A stretch of DNA of 64,000 nucleotides from an uncultured Christensenellaceae bacterium (GCA_942492795.1 OW818639.1:1685358-1749357); one strand, 5' to 3'. Positions 19,657-30,820 are shown, counted from the first letter of the stretch. Numbers and translations: made by a program. The notes: generated from the letters alone by a model not told the origin.

Positions 19657-21476
19657 TGGCACAACAAACCAACAGAGATCCTGTCGTCATGCCAATGCGG
19701 GGTGGCGGACGGTTTGGGGGCATCCGGTCTTTCGCCAAGCCAAAGAACATAAAGGGGACGGCAAGAAGGCTGTGGGACTACCTGAAGAGGAGCAAGGTCA
19801 CCTTGTTGGTGGTTTTCCTGCTTGTTGTTATCCGCACAGCGGCATCGCTTACGGGCAGTTATTTCATCCGTCCGCTGATCAACAACTACATTATCCCGAA
19901 AAATTTTGCGGGGCTTTCGCAGATGCTCCTCATTTTGGCGTGCATCTATATAACGGGCGTGACTTCGACATACCTGATGAATAAAACGATGATCGCCGTT
20001 TCGCAAAGAACCGTGCGGTCCATGCGCGAGGACCTGTTCCAAAAAATCCAATCGCTGCCTTTGCGCTTTTTCGATACCCATGTGCACGGCGAGGTTATGA
20101 GCCGGTTCACCAACGATATGGACAGTGTCTCCACCTCGTTGAACAACGCGATAACGCAGCTGTTTTCAAGCGCGATAACCGTCGTAGGCACTTTTTCTCT
20201 TATGATTTTCATCAGCCCCGTCTTAACGTTGGTGACGCTTGTCATCATGCCGCTGATGCTTTCGGTTGCGAGATGGGTCATCAAGCGGAGCCGGAACTAT
20301 TTCAGCGCCCAGCAACGGAGCCTCGGGGCCATGAACGGCTACATCGAGGAGATGATGGAGGGGCAGCGCGAAGTTAAGGTGTTCTGCCGTGAGGGCGATG
20401 TGCATGCACGTTTTGAGAACCTCGTCGAGCAGCACCGAGCGAACGCGACCAGAGCACAGCTGTTTTCCGGCATGATGATGCCGCTGATGGCGAATATCAA
20501 CACCGTCAACTATGCGTTTACTTCCGCAATCGGCGGCGTACTGGCGGTATCGGGAGTATTGGATATCGGCGGGCTGGGTGCATTTCTTCAATATACAAGG
20601 CAAATATCCCATCCGGTCAACGAGATTTCCAACCAGATCAACACCATCCAAAGCGCTTTGGCCGGTGCGGAGCGCATGTTTGAAATCATGGACGAGGTTC
20701 CGGAATCCGCAGATGCACCGGACGCTGTGGAGCTTAAAGATGTCAAAGGCGACGTCCGCTTTGAAAACGTGACGTTCAGCTATATCCCGGGCAAAACGGT
20801 GTTGAAGAACATCTCGCTGTATGCGAAACCCGGACAGAAAATCGCGTTTGTCGGTTCGACCGGAGCGGGCAAGACGACGGTGACAAACCTCATAACCCGC
20901 TTCTACGATATAGACCAGGGACGGATTACCATCGACGGCATCGACATTAAACACATTCAAAAGGACAGTTTGCGCAAATCATTGGGCATGGTGCTGCAGG
21001 ATACGCATTTGTTCGACGGCACGGTACTGGATAACATCCGCTACGGCAGGCCGGATGCGACCGACGAGGAGTGCATCGAAGCGGCAAAAATAGCCAGCGC
21101 CGACACATTTATCCGGCAACTGCCCGAAGGATATCAAACAGTTCTGACCGATGACGGGGCGAATTTGAGTCAGGGGCAGCGGCAGCTTTTAAGCATTGCG
21201 CGGGCGGCTGCAGCCGATCCTCCGATATTGATCCTCGATGAAGCGACAAGTTCCATCGATACCCGCACCGAGCGGCTGATCGAACGCGGCATGGATAAGA
21301 TCATGGAGGGAAGGACGACGTTTGTCATCGCACACCGGCTTTCCACCGTTCGCAATGCCAACGCGATCATGGTCATTGAGAACGGGGAAATCATCGAGCG
21401 CGGCGACCACGATGATCTTCTCAGGCAGAAAGGCCGCTACTACCAACTGTATACCGGGCAGTTCGAGCTGGATTAG
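19656..21476 (+). CDS. ABC transporter permease/ATP-binding protein (heterodimeric exporter subunit, paralog of 601-2571)
   Basis: TMD plus NBD (GSTGAGKT, LSQGQRQLLSIARAA, ILILDEATSSID). Its Gly-rich N-terminus resembles that of the 601 gene. Confidence 0.9.
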   Translation: MAQQTNRDPVVMPMRGGGRFGGIRSFAKPKNIKGTARRLWDYLKRSKVTLLVVFLLVVIRTAASLTGSYFIRPLINNYIIPKNFAGLSQMLLILACIYITGVTSTYLMNKTMIAVSQRTVRSMREDLFQKIQSLPLRFFDTHVHGEVMSRFTNDMDSVSTSLNNAITQLFSSAITVVGTFSLMIFISPVLTLVTLVIMPLMLSVARWVIKRSRNYFSAQQRSLGAMNGYIEEMMEGQREVKVFCREGDVHARFENLVEQHRANATRAQLFSGMMMPLMANINTVNYAFTSAIGGVLAVSGVLDIGGLGAFLQYTRQISHPVNEISNQINTIQSALAGAERMFEIMDEVPESADAPDAVELKDVKGDVRFENVTFSYIPGKTVLKNISLYAKPGQKIAFVGSTGAGKTTVTNLITRFYDIDQGRITIDGIDIKHIQKDSLRKSLGMVLQDTHLFDGTVLDNIRYGRPDATDEECIEAAKIASADTFIRQLPEGYQTVLTDDGANLSQGQRQLLSIARAAAADPPILILDEATSSIDTRTERLIERGMDKIMEGRTTFVIAHRLSTVRNANAIMVIENGEIIERGDHDDLLRQKGRYYQLYTGQFELD

Positions 21477-21526
21477 AAGGCCGCAATACAAGGCGAGATC
21501 AAGACACATTGTCTCTGTTGACAACG

Positions 21527-21564
21527 CAAGAGAGCCCTGCATGGCAAGGCTCTCTTGTTTGGTT
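21527..21564. terminator. Bidirectional terminator between the ABC pair (+) and the SGNH hydrolase (-)
   Basis: Stem CAAGAGAGCC / GGCTCTCTTG followed by TTTGGTT. Confidence 0.65.
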
Positions 21565-22271
21565 CAGATTGAAAACAAAATGGTCTCGTACTTCTTCCAC
21601 TGCGATATGAAGACTTCATAGATCAGCTGATAACCAAATTCGTTGGGGTGGATGCCGTCTTCGCAAACCCACTCCCGATACGGCCTGTTGGCGAGGAAAT
21701 ATTCCCTGACGGGAAGACAGGGGATGCTTTGCTCCAGCGCGATCTGCATGTTTATCAGGCTGTAGTACTCCTGCCAGCGATAGATTTGCTGCACGTCGCC
21801 GAGAAAAGCCAGAATGTTTTCACCGTTGAGACCAACACTTGTGATGCCCCGAAAGAAGCTGTTGGCATTGAGCGGCGGAAGCGTCGTCATCACGGGATAC
21901 CCGCCCGCGTTTTTGATTATCCCGATCATTTTCAACAGGGTATCCCTGTATTGATCGGGAGGTACATGGCAGACATGTTGCGCAGACGGTTCCTGTGCAA
22001 TCTTCCGCCAGTCGAAGTCACAGTCGTTGCCGCCAAATTCCAACAGCACCACATGGTTTTTGAGTTTAGCGGCATCGGATTCCAGCATGTTCTGGTATCC
22101 CGTTAGTACGGTATTGCCCATGCGGGCATGGTTCACAACCGGCAGCCCGATTGCCGACGCCGCCATGTCGACCGGCGGGCGGGATGTAAGGACGTGCCGT
22201 TTGCGCGTACCGTCGTATTGAACGCCGCGAAACAACGAATCGCCCCAAATCTGGATTCCCTCAACGATCAA
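21564..22271 (-). CDS. SGNH/GDSL-family hydrolase
   Basis: Block I GDSL-like IWGDSLF, block II LLEFGGND, and a C-terminal DGIHPN (DxxH) block. 235 aa. Confidence 0.8.
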   Translation of the reverse strand: MIVEGIQIWGDSLFRGVQYDGTRKRHVLTSRPPVDMAASAIGLPVVNHARMGNTVLTGYQNMLESDAAKLKNHVVLLEFGGNDCDFDWRKIAQEPSAQHVCHVPPDQYRDTLLKMIGIIKNAGGYPVMTTLPPLNANSFFRGITSVGLNGENILAFLGDVQQIYRWQEYYSLINMQIALEQSIPCLPVREYFLANRPYREWVCEDGIHPNEFGYQLIYEVFISQWKKYETILFSI

Positions 22272-22406
22272 TTGACCTCACCTCTTAATAATTGTTAATA
22301 CCATGATATAAGATAATCAAAATCCTGTCAAGAAATATAGATATATAAATAGACAATATTAAATATATATGATAGGCTACAGATATTAAAATGCCGGAGG
22401 GAAAGC

Positions 22407-22925
22407 ATGAAGCAGCGTACGGAGGAAATAGCGGCGAATCTATCCAGTTACCATACCGTAACATATGACGAACTGCCGGATATCGAACTGTATCTGGATC
22501 AGGTGGTAGGCTATGTCCAAAGACAAATGGCGTTGTTTCAGCGCTCCCAGACGGAGAACCTTGTGACGCCCGCCATTTTGAGCAACAGTGTCAAATCGGG
22601 ATTGATCCCAAGACCAAACAAGAAAAAATATGTAAAGCGGCATCTGGCTGCTTCTGTCATGGCATGCACATTGAAGCAGGTTTTCCCGGTTCAGCAGGTC
22701 GAACAACTGTTGAATCTGTTCGAAGGCGAGGACGAAAAGAAATTTGAAGCCTTTGGACGCTTGCAGGACGAATCACTGGCTTGTGTTGCAAAGAGCATCA
22801 GCTATACAGGCGAAGACGCTCAACAGATGTTTGACCAAATCATGCGATTGGCCTTGCGTGCCAACGCGAACCGGCTTGCTGCGCGTATGCTGCTGAAGCA
22901 GCTGGAACATGTGCCGAAAGGATAA
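22407..22925 (+). CDS. DUF1836-like hypothetical protein
   Basis: 172 aa. Pattern ELYLDQVVGY...TPAILSNSVK resembles the DUF1836 family. Recognition is weak. Confidence 0.45.
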   Translation: MKQRTEEIAANLSSYHTVTYDELPDIELYLDQVVGYVQRQMALFQRSQTENLVTPAILSNSVKSGLIPRPNKKKYVKRHLAASVMACTLKQVFPVQQVEQLLNLFEGEDEKKFEAFGRLQDESLACVAKSISYTGEDAQQMFDQIMRLALRANANRLAARMLLKQLEHVPKG

Positions 22926-22943
22926 AATCCCGGATAATAGAGA

Positions 22944-22980
22944 AGGGGATCGCACCATTTGTGCGGTCCCCTCTTTTGTG
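22944..22980. terminator. Bidirectional terminator between the DUF1836 gene (+) and metY (-)
   Basis: Stem AGGGGATCGCAC / GTGCGGTCCCCT followed by a T-rich tract. Confidence 0.7.
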
Positions 22981-22981
22981 T

Positions 22982-24310
<1,329 letters not shown>

Positions 24311-24510
24311 CTATGAGTATCTCGGCATACAGCCACACATTCGGCAACAACGGGGACCATGCGACTGTTTTCTTGTTTCGCATTGTTTCGTAAAAAACAT
24401 CCCGATGATCTCCTTCCCATTCGACATAAATAAATCCTATCGAATTAGTAATTTTATGTTATTATATCATAGCTGGTTTGGATGTCAACGGAGATTTTTG
24501 CGGTTCCAAG

Positions 24511-24543
24511 GAATTTGACTAATATTAATTCCATGGGTATAAT
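24511..24543 (+). promoter_or_regulatory. Sigma-A-type promoter (TTGACT-17-TATAAT) for the class-V aminotransferase gene, overlapped by the inverted repeat GGAATT-N11-AATTCC
   Basis: TTGACT at 24515-24520 and TATAAT at 24538-24543 with a 17-nt spacer. The repeat arms GGAATT / AATTCC flank the -35. GGAATT also ends the B. subtilis CymR box (inference). Confidence 0.55.
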
Positions 24544-24572
24544 AAGTTTAAAATATTGATGGCGGTGATCCT

Positions 24573-25712
24573 ATGATCTATCTTGATAATGCGGCAACCT
24601 CCTATCCGAAACCGGAGGAAGTTTATAAGGCGGTGGACGATTGCATGCGAAATGCCGGGGCAAATCCCGGACGATCCGGGCATTCAATGTCTGTTCGCGC
24701 CGGTAAAATTGTGTTGGAAACGAGGCAGCTAACTGCGCAGCTCATCGGGGCAAAAACAAATCAGGTCGTCTTTACACAGAATGCGACCGATTCCATCAAC
24801 CTTGCCCTCAAAGGGTTGCTCAAGCCGGGCGATCATGTCATTACAAGCGCTATGGAGCACAACGCGATGGCAAGACCGTTGGAGGCACTTAAAAAACTGG
24901 GCGTGGAAGTGGAAAAAGTCCGTACATCTGCGGTTTTTGGTGTGGATCCGGATGATATAAAGGCATCCATACGGAAAAATACAAAATTGATCGCACTTAC
25001 CCATGCATCCAATGTCACCGGCACCATCAATCCGGTAACGGAAATCGGAAAAGCAGCGCGCAAAGCGGGCATACCGCTGTTGGTCGACGCGGCGCAGACG
25101 GCAGGCTTTTTGCCCATCCATGTGGCGGAGATGAACATATCCCTCTTGGCGCTGGCAGGCCATAAATCCCTCCTAGGAGCGCAAGGAACAGGTGTGCTGT
25201 ACATCGAAGAAGGGCTGGAAGTAGAGCCTTTGAAACAGGGAGGCACGGGAAGCGCTTCCGAGCAACTTGAACAGCCAAGGGCAATGCCGGACAGATATGA
25301 AAGCGGAACAGTCAACACACCCGGGCTTGCAGGGCTTGGCGCCGGCATCCGGTACATTCAAAAGACGGGGCTTTGCACGATCCATGATCATGAATGCCAG
25401 GTAGTCCAGCAACTGATTGCGGGTTTACAGAACTTGGCGGGGATAACCGTATATGGGCCCAACGCCGGCATGGAACGGGCTTGTGTTGTCTCCTTCAACG
25501 TGGAGGGCATGGATTGCCAGACGGTCGGCATGATCCTTGATGATTCGTTTGGCATTGCAGTACGGCCCGGGTTGCACTGCGCCCCCGATGCCCACAGGAT
25601 CATCGGCACGCTGGCAATGGGCGGAACGGTGCGTGTCAGTCCCGGATGCTTTACCACGGAGGAAGAAATCGAGGCGTTTATCGAAGCGATCCATAGGATC
25701 GCAAAGAGTTGA
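24573..25712 (+). CDS. Class-V aminotransferase / cysteine desulfurase family protein
   Basis: 379 aa. MIYLDNAATSYPKP N-terminus. PLP-lysine region LALAGHKSL. Fold-type I class V. Confidence 0.8.
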   Translation: MIYLDNAATSYPKPEEVYKAVDDCMRNAGANPGRSGHSMSVRAGKIVLETRQLTAQLIGAKTNQVVFTQNATDSINLALKGLLKPGDHVITSAMEHNAMARPLEALKKLGVEVEKVRTSAVFGVDPDDIKASIRKNTKLIALTHASNVTGTINPVTEIGKAARKAGIPLLVDAAQTAGFLPIHVAEMNISLLALAGHKSLLGAQGTGVLYIEEGLEVEPLKQGGTGSASEQLEQPRAMPDRYESGTVNTPGLAGLGAGIRYIQKTGLCTIHDHECQVVQQLIAGLQNLAGITVYGPNAGMERACVVSFNVEGMDCQTVGMILDDSFGIAVRPGLHCAPDAHRIIGTLAMGGTVRVSPGCFTTEEEIEAFIEAIHRIAKS

Positions 25713-25726
25713 CAGGGAGGATAACG

Positions 25727-26734
25727 ATGGAACAAAGGTATCTTCGGCAAAGCGCGTTTTCAAAGCTTGGGGTTTCCGGACAGGCTAAACTCAAAGAGTC
25801 AAGGGTTGCAATCGTGGGGGTAGGCGCACTGGGCACCGTGATCGCAAACAACCTCGCCCGCGCCGGTGTCGGATATTTGCGCCTGATAGACCGGGATTTT
25901 GTGGAGCTGCACAATCTTCACCGGCAAATCCTGTTTAGCGAATCGGATGTTGCCGACAATCTTCCCAAGGCCATAGCGGCAAAAAAAAGATTGCTGGAGG
26001 CTAATTCACAGATCACAATCGAAGCGGAAGTGGAGGATTTCAATGCTTTTAACGCAGAAACCCTCATAAACGGCGTCGATCTGGTACTGGACGGTACGGA
26101 CAATCGCGAAACGAGGCACCTGATCAACGAAGCATGTTGCAAACACGGCATTCCCTGGGTTTTCGGCGGAGCATTGGGCAGCGTGGGGATGACGATGAAC
26201 ATTGTTCCGGGCGTCACCGCATGTTATCACTGCATGACCGGTGAGGCAGTGGGCGGCACCGGTGAATCATGCAGCACAGCGGGTGTGCTCAATACGCTGA
26301 CTTCCATCATTGCGTCCTACCAAGCCACAGAGGCGATAAAAATCCTAACGGGTAGTCCGAAAGCACGGCATGATTTGATCGTGTTGGATATATGGGAGAA
26401 CACATTTCATTCGCTGCCGGTACAAAAGAAGCCCGATTGCCCCGTATGCGGGTTGGGTGAATACCATAGACTTCAAAATACGGGCGGCACGTATACCACC
26501 CAGATCTGCGGGCAGGATGCCGTGCAAGTGGTCCCCGGCTTCAAGCGAAAAATGGATTTCGCGGAGCTCTCTCAAAAGCTCGAAGGGGTTTGTGACATTG
26601 CGTACAACGACTTCATTCTGAATCTTAAAAGCGCTCAAACGGAAATAAGCTTATTCTCTGACGGCAGGGCTATCATCAAAAATGCCGGAGACGCCAACCG
26701 GGCAAAGTCGATATACACGGAGTATTTTGGATAA
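25727..26734 (+). CDS. ThiF/MoeB/HesA-family E1-like adenylyltransferase with a ~100-aa C-terminal extension carrying CxxC pairs
   Basis: Nucleotide-binding GVGALG...IDRDFVELHNLHRQ. CYHC and CPVC Zn-type motifs. RBS GGGAGG. The upstream in-frame ORF start at 25709 is rejected in favour of ATG 25727. Confidence 0.8.
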   Translation: MEQRYLRQSAFSKLGVSGQAKLKESRVAIVGVGALGTVIANNLARAGVGYLRLIDRDFVELHNLHRQILFSESDVADNLPKAIAAKKRLLEANSQITIEAEVEDFNAFNAETLINGVDLVLDGTDNRETRHLINEACCKHGIPWVFGGALGSVGMTMNIVPGVTACYHCMTGEAVGGTGESCSTAGVLNTLTSIIASYQATEAIKILTGSPKARHDLIVLDIWENTFHSLPVQKKPDCPVCGLGEYHRLQNTGGTYTTQICGQDAVQVVPGFKRKMDFAELSQKLEGVCDIAYNDFILNLKSAQTEISLFSDGRAIIKNAGDANRAKSIYTEYFG

Positions 26735-26845
26735 TAACAGAAGACAGGTACCGTCGGTTGCATTTGCGAGGCGGTACCACTATAATCGAACTTATCAGAG
26801 CAGTGTATTTAATAAGTTTACGTAACGGATATGGAGGAACGGGGT

Positions 26846-27289
26846 TTGAGAATTTCAACACGCGGACGATACGGGCTGCAGGCGATGGTCATACTCGCGA
26901 ATCACCCCGGTGACTTACCTGTTATGCTCAAGGAAATTGCGCAGGAAGCCGATGTGTCGGAAGGATATTTGCAGCAGCTGTTCATCGGACTTCGATCGGG
27001 GAATTTGGTTGTTGGCATCAAAGGCGCCGCACCCGGATATTTGCTTGCAAGACCTGCCGATTCGATCAGTGTCGGCGATGTGCTGCGTCAGATGGAAAGT
27101 GCCTTTACCACGGTAGATTGCCTCGCCGACGGAGACTGTGAACGCCGTGATCTCTGCGTAGCCCGCGATGTCTGGAGAGGGCTAAAGGATGAGATAGATG
27201 CCTTTGTGGATTCCGTAAGACTATCGGATCTGGCCGAAAGCTACCATATCGCGCATAAAGCAGACAGCTCATGGAACTACTCAATATGA
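26846..27289 (+). CDS. Rrf2-family transcriptional regulator, Fe-S type (IscR-like, three clustered Cys)
   Basis: A TTG start gives the canonical MRISTRGRYGL N-terminus. RBS GGAGGAA at 6 nt. Cys triad CLADGDCERRDLC. Confidence 0.75.
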   Translation: MRISTRGRYGLQAMVILANHPGDLPVMLKEIAQEADVSEGYLQQLFIGLRSGNLVVGIKGAAPGYLLARPADSISVGDVLRQMESAFTTVDCLADGDCERRDLCVARDVWRGLKDEIDAFVDSVRLSDLAESYHIAHKADSSWNYSI

Positions 27290-27308
27290 AATCCGGGAGG
27301 GTATTATT

Positions 27309-27737
27309 TTGAAACTTTCCACCAAAAGCAGATATGGCGTTCGCATGCTTGTGGATATGGCGATGCATCAGGATCAGCCGCACTGCAATCTGGCGGATAT
27401 CGCCAAGCGGCAGGATATTTCCCCGCGATACCTTGAGCAGATCGCCGCAGAGCTCAAGCGAAACAGCATCATTAAAAGTGTTCGGGGAGCCCATGGCGGA
27501 TACCGTTTGGGATTTCCGGCGGAAAAGCTGATGCTCAAAGAAATCCTGGACGTTCTGGAAGGGGATCTTCATATCGTGGATGAGCAGGATTCCTATACGG
27601 CTTTGCAGCAGTGCCTGAATGAAAATGTCTATGATCCGTTAAGCCGCGTCATGCAATCTTATCTTGGGAAAATATCCCTGCAGGATATGGCGGAGCAATC
27701 GCGTTTGAAGGACGATGGCGAGATGTACTATCTCTAA
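27309..27737 (+). CDS. Rrf2-family transcriptional regulator lacking the Cys ligands (CymR-like)
   Basis: A TTG start gives MKLSTKSRYGVR. RBS GGGAGGG. No Cys triad. Confidence 0.75.
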   Translation: MKLSTKSRYGVRMLVDMAMHQDQPHCNLADIAKRQDISPRYLEQIAAELKRNSIIKSVRGAHGGYRLGFPAEKLMLKEILDVLEGDLHIVDEQDSYTALQQCLNENVYDPLSRVMQSYLGKISLQDMAEQSRLKDDGEMYYL

Positions 27738-28052
27738 GAGTCCAAAACCGAGCGCGCTGCAGCGTGACATCCGGCATAATGCACAAACGGTATTTGTTTG
27801 AAACGCGAAGCAAACAGGTGTGGGCAGGATCACTATCAACTCCAACCGCTGCTTTGTTTGAAGCATTGTATAAAACGTGCAGTATTTTGCCAACAGTATA
27901 CAGAAGTTGTTTGTCGGTCATGCTGTTTGTACAAACGCCGGCAAACGGAATAATCTCAATGCCTCCCGCGGCCGGCATAAATTCATCTGTAATGTATGCG
28001 ATAAAAGTGATAAACTATGAATAATTTATAGAATGCTGAGAGGGGCTCGACA

Positions 28053-29228
28053 ATGGACTTATTTACCAAATGTGAAAATTTTACTGCAGCAAAAGAAGCA
28101 AGAGAACGAGGGGTATATCCATATTTTCATGCACTGCAATCCCGCCAGGATATCGAAGTTATTATGGAGGGGAAGCGCCGTATCATGTTGGGTTCCAACA
28201 ACTATCTGGGGCTGACAACAAACGAAGAGGTCATTGAAGCGGGCATCAAAGCGTTTGAGCGTTACGGCTCCGGCTGCTCCGGCTCCAGGTTTTTAAACGG
28301 AACGCTGGAAATGCATTTGGAATTGGAAAAAGAACTGGCGGCATTTGTCTATAAAGAAGCGGCCGTGACGTTTTCAACAGGGTTTCAAACCAATCTCGGA
28401 ATCATAAGCGCGCTCGTCGGCAGGAACGACTATGCCATTTGCGACAAGGAAAACCACGCCAGCATCTACGACGGATGCAAGCTCAGCTTTGGCAAAATGG
28501 CACGCTATAACCACAACGATATGCAGGATCTTGAAAATACGCTCAAAACAATACCGGAAAGTGCCGGAAAGCTCATCATTACCGACGGCGTGTTCAGCAT
28601 GGGAGGCGATATTGCGGATCTTCCGGGGATCGTCAAGCTTGCAAAGCAATACGGCGCGCGGGTGATGGTCGACGATGCGCATGCGCTGGGCGTTATTGGC
28701 AACGGGGGCAGGGGTACTGCGGACTATTTTGGCCTGAATGATGAAGTGGATATCATCATGGGGACTTTCAGCAAATCCCTGGCAAGCCTCGGCGGCTTTA
28801 TGGCGACCACGGAAAGCGTTGCGGAGTATGTCAGACACAGTTCCCGCCCGTTTATTTTCTCGGCATCGATCCCGCCTGCAAACTGCGCATGTGCGTTGGC
28901 AGCGCTTCGGTATCTTGAAAAGCATCCGGAAATTTCACAGCGACTGATCGACATTTCCGCATATGCCAGAGCCGGATTCAAAAAGCGCGATATCCGGATA
29001 CGCGAATCGGTGACGCCCATCATACCGCTGTATACCTATGATTTGGAAAATACCCTTATCAAATCCAAACGCCTGTACGACGAAGGCGTGTATGTTAATC
29101 CGGTGCTTCCGCCTGCCACGCCGCCGTCGGAATGCCTGCTTCGCACCAGTTATATGGCAACGCACACGGAAACGATTCTCGATGAGGCTATGGATATTAT
29201 CGCAAAGGTGTTCAAGGAGACGCAATGA
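28053..29228 (+). CDS. Alpha-oxoamine synthase family PLP enzyme (serine palmitoyltransferase / 2-amino-3-ketobutyrate CoA ligase / BioF-like)
   Basis: 391 aa. GSNNYLGL near the N-terminus. PLP-lysine motif GTFSKSLASLGGF. A DDAHA block. Confidence 0.8.
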   Translation: MDLFTKCENFTAAKEARERGVYPYFHALQSRQDIEVIMEGKRRIMLGSNNYLGLTTNEEVIEAGIKAFERYGSGCSGSRFLNGTLEMHLELEKELAAFVYKEAAVTFSTGFQTNLGIISALVGRNDYAICDKENHASIYDGCKLSFGKMARYNHNDMQDLENTLKTIPESAGKLIITDGVFSMGGDIADLPGIVKLAKQYGARVMVDDAHALGVIGNGGRGTADYFGLNDEVDIIMGTFSKSLASLGGFMATTESVAEYVRHSSRPFIFSASIPPANCACALAALRYLEKHPEISQRLIDISAYARAGFKKRDIRIRESVTPIIPLYTYDLENTLIKSKRLYDEGVYVNPVLPPATPPSECLLRTSYMATHTETILDEAMDIIAKVFKETQ

Positions 29229-30013
29229 GCAGGATTGCCGTTATAACGGGCGGAAGCAGCGGCATCGGAATGGCGCTTGTACAAGAATTCGCGCGTCATG
29301 GATTTCTTGTCTTTGAACTCAGCCGAAGCGGTTTGTCTTATGAAACAGTCCACCATATCGATACCGACGTATCCGATCCAAAGAGCATCCAATCGGCTTT
29401 TGCGCAGATTCACAGACAGACGGATCACATAGACGTGCTTGTCAACAACGCCGGGATGGGCATTTCCGGTGCGGTGGAGTATACGGATTATGCTGACGCT
29501 CATAAGCTGTTCGACGTCAATTTCTTCGGGACGGTGGCGTCCGTGCAGTGTGCACTCCCGCTGCTTAAAAAAGGATATGGACGAATCGTCAACGTGAGCT
29601 CTGCGGCAGCGGTGCTCCCTGTGCCGTTCCAGGCGTACTATTCCGCCTCCAAGGCGGCAATCAACGCCTATTCACTGGCGCTCGCCAATGAGATTGGACG
29701 TTTTGGTGTCGGCGTTTGTATTGTAATGCCCGGCGATGCCAAAACCGCATTTACCGACAAACGCAACAAAAGTGATCTGGGCGATGAAGCATACAAAGGT
29801 GCGATCGGACGTTCCGTTTCTTTGATGGAAAAAGACGAGCAGCACGGAATGTCCGCAACGTATGTTGCAAATAAAATCTACCATATCGCAACGAAAAAAC
29901 GCGCAAAGACAATTGCCACGATCGGCATTAAATATCAGTTGTTTGCGGTGCTGTCAAAATTTTTACCAACGGGGTTGGTCAACAGGCTTATCGGATCCAT
30001 ATACGCGAAATAA
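29225..30013 (+). CDS. Short-chain dehydrogenase/reductase (SDR) family oxidoreductase
   Basis: TGGSSGIG cofactor motif. YSASK catalytic motif. NNAG. 262 aa. Translationally coupled to the oxoamine synthase (ATGA overlap). Confidence 0.85.
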   Translation: MSRIAVITGGSSGIGMALVQEFARHGFLVFELSRSGLSYETVHHIDTDVSDPKSIQSAFAQIHRQTDHIDVLVNNAGMGISGAVEYTDYADAHKLFDVNFFGTVASVQCALPLLKKGYGRIVNVSSAAAVLPVPFQAYYSASKAAINAYSLALANEIGRFGVGVCIVMPGDAKTAFTDKRNKSDLGDEAYKGAIGRSVSLMEKDEQHGMSATYVANKIYHIATKKRAKTIATIGIKYQLFAVLSKFLPTGLVNRLIGSIYAK

Positions 30014-30049
30014 ACCTGTATATACAGTTATTTACTCAATCATCGATCA

Positions 30050-30085
30050 CAAAAAAAGAACGGCATTGCTGCCGTTCTTTTTGCA
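30050..30085. terminator. Bidirectional terminator between the SDR (+) and the MBL hydrolase (-)
   Basis: A-run, then stem AGAACGGCA / TGCCGTTCT, then a T-run. Confidence 0.7.
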
Positions 30086-30091
30086 TGATCA

Positions 30092-30820
30092 CTATTTACC
30101 GTAACCGGCGAGGTTTCCCCAGAAGCTGACACACTCATAGGTATACAGCTTGCTCTTGCCGTATAGCCTGTTGTCTGGTTCCGGCTCGATTCCCGCAATT
30201 TCACCTGAAAAAATCCGTTTGGCTCCTTCTATCAGCGTGGACAACATGGATACAGGAACTTCAAGATCATAATGGGAGGCGTAAACGATGTCAAAACTGT
30301 CGGTCATAGCCTGAAGCTTCTCCATGCTCGCGATATACCCGGGGAAATTGCGTGCCGCGCCAAACATATGAATGGGACCGGGTTGTATGCTGTCACCGCC
30401 GATGAGAATCCGATTCGCCCTATCCAAAAGTACGATGCTGCCCGGTGTGTGACCCGGGATATGGATGATCTCAAAGCATCTGCCTCCAAGATCAAGCACA
30501 TCCTTCTCCCAAAGCGGCGCAACGGGACATCCGGCAAAAGCACCGCTGTTGTACAATGCAAATTCCGAGGGGTGCATGTGCGCCCGAGAGAATCCTCTGT
30601 TTGCTCCGATGTGGTCACCGTCCGCGTGCGTGATGACAAGCGTCAACGGCTTTGAAGTGATGCTCAAAACCAAAGAGGCAAGATCGCCTGTGCCAAAACC
30701 GGTATCAACCAAAATGGCACGATCTTTTCCTTCGACAAGAAAACAGCGTACACGGCCATCCTCAATGCTCCAAAACCCGTCCGAAATCTTGTTGATGAGA
30801 TAATTTTCCATATCTGTCAC
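30092..30820 (-). CDS. MBL-fold metallo-hydrolase
   Basis: HADGDHIG (HxHxDH) metal-binding motif. 242 aa. Confidence 0.8.
   Translation of the reverse strand: MTDMENYLINKISDGFWSIEDGRVRCFLVEGKDRAILVDTGFGTGDLASLVLSITSKPLTLVITHADGDHIGANRGFSRAHMHPSEFALYNSGAFAGCPVAPLWEKDVLDLGGRCFEIIHIPGHTPGSIVLLDRANRILIGGDSIQPGPIHMFGAARNFPGYIASMEKLQAMTDSFDIVYASHYDLEVPVSMLSTLIEGAKRIFSGEIAGIEPEPDNRLYGKSKLYTYECVSFWGNLAGYGK

Noticed and set aside
22272-22406. Very AT-rich 135-bp intergenic tract (ATATATAAATAGACAATATTAAATATATATGA)
   Set aside because: It looks like an ordinary AT-rich promoter or UP-element region between divergent genes. There is no repeat structure suggesting a CRISPR array, an attachment site or an origin.
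25981-25988. A8 homopolymer inside the ThiF-like coding sequence
   Set aside because: Eight adenines is below the length usually associated with slipped-strand phase variation. It simply encodes Lys-Lys within a conserved domain.
26760-26795. Inverted repeat GGTACCG-N18-CGGTACC between the ThiF-like gene and the first Rrf2 gene
   Set aside because: It could be a weak terminator or an operator. It has no T-run and cannot be assigned to a known Rrf2 box, so I left it unannotated.
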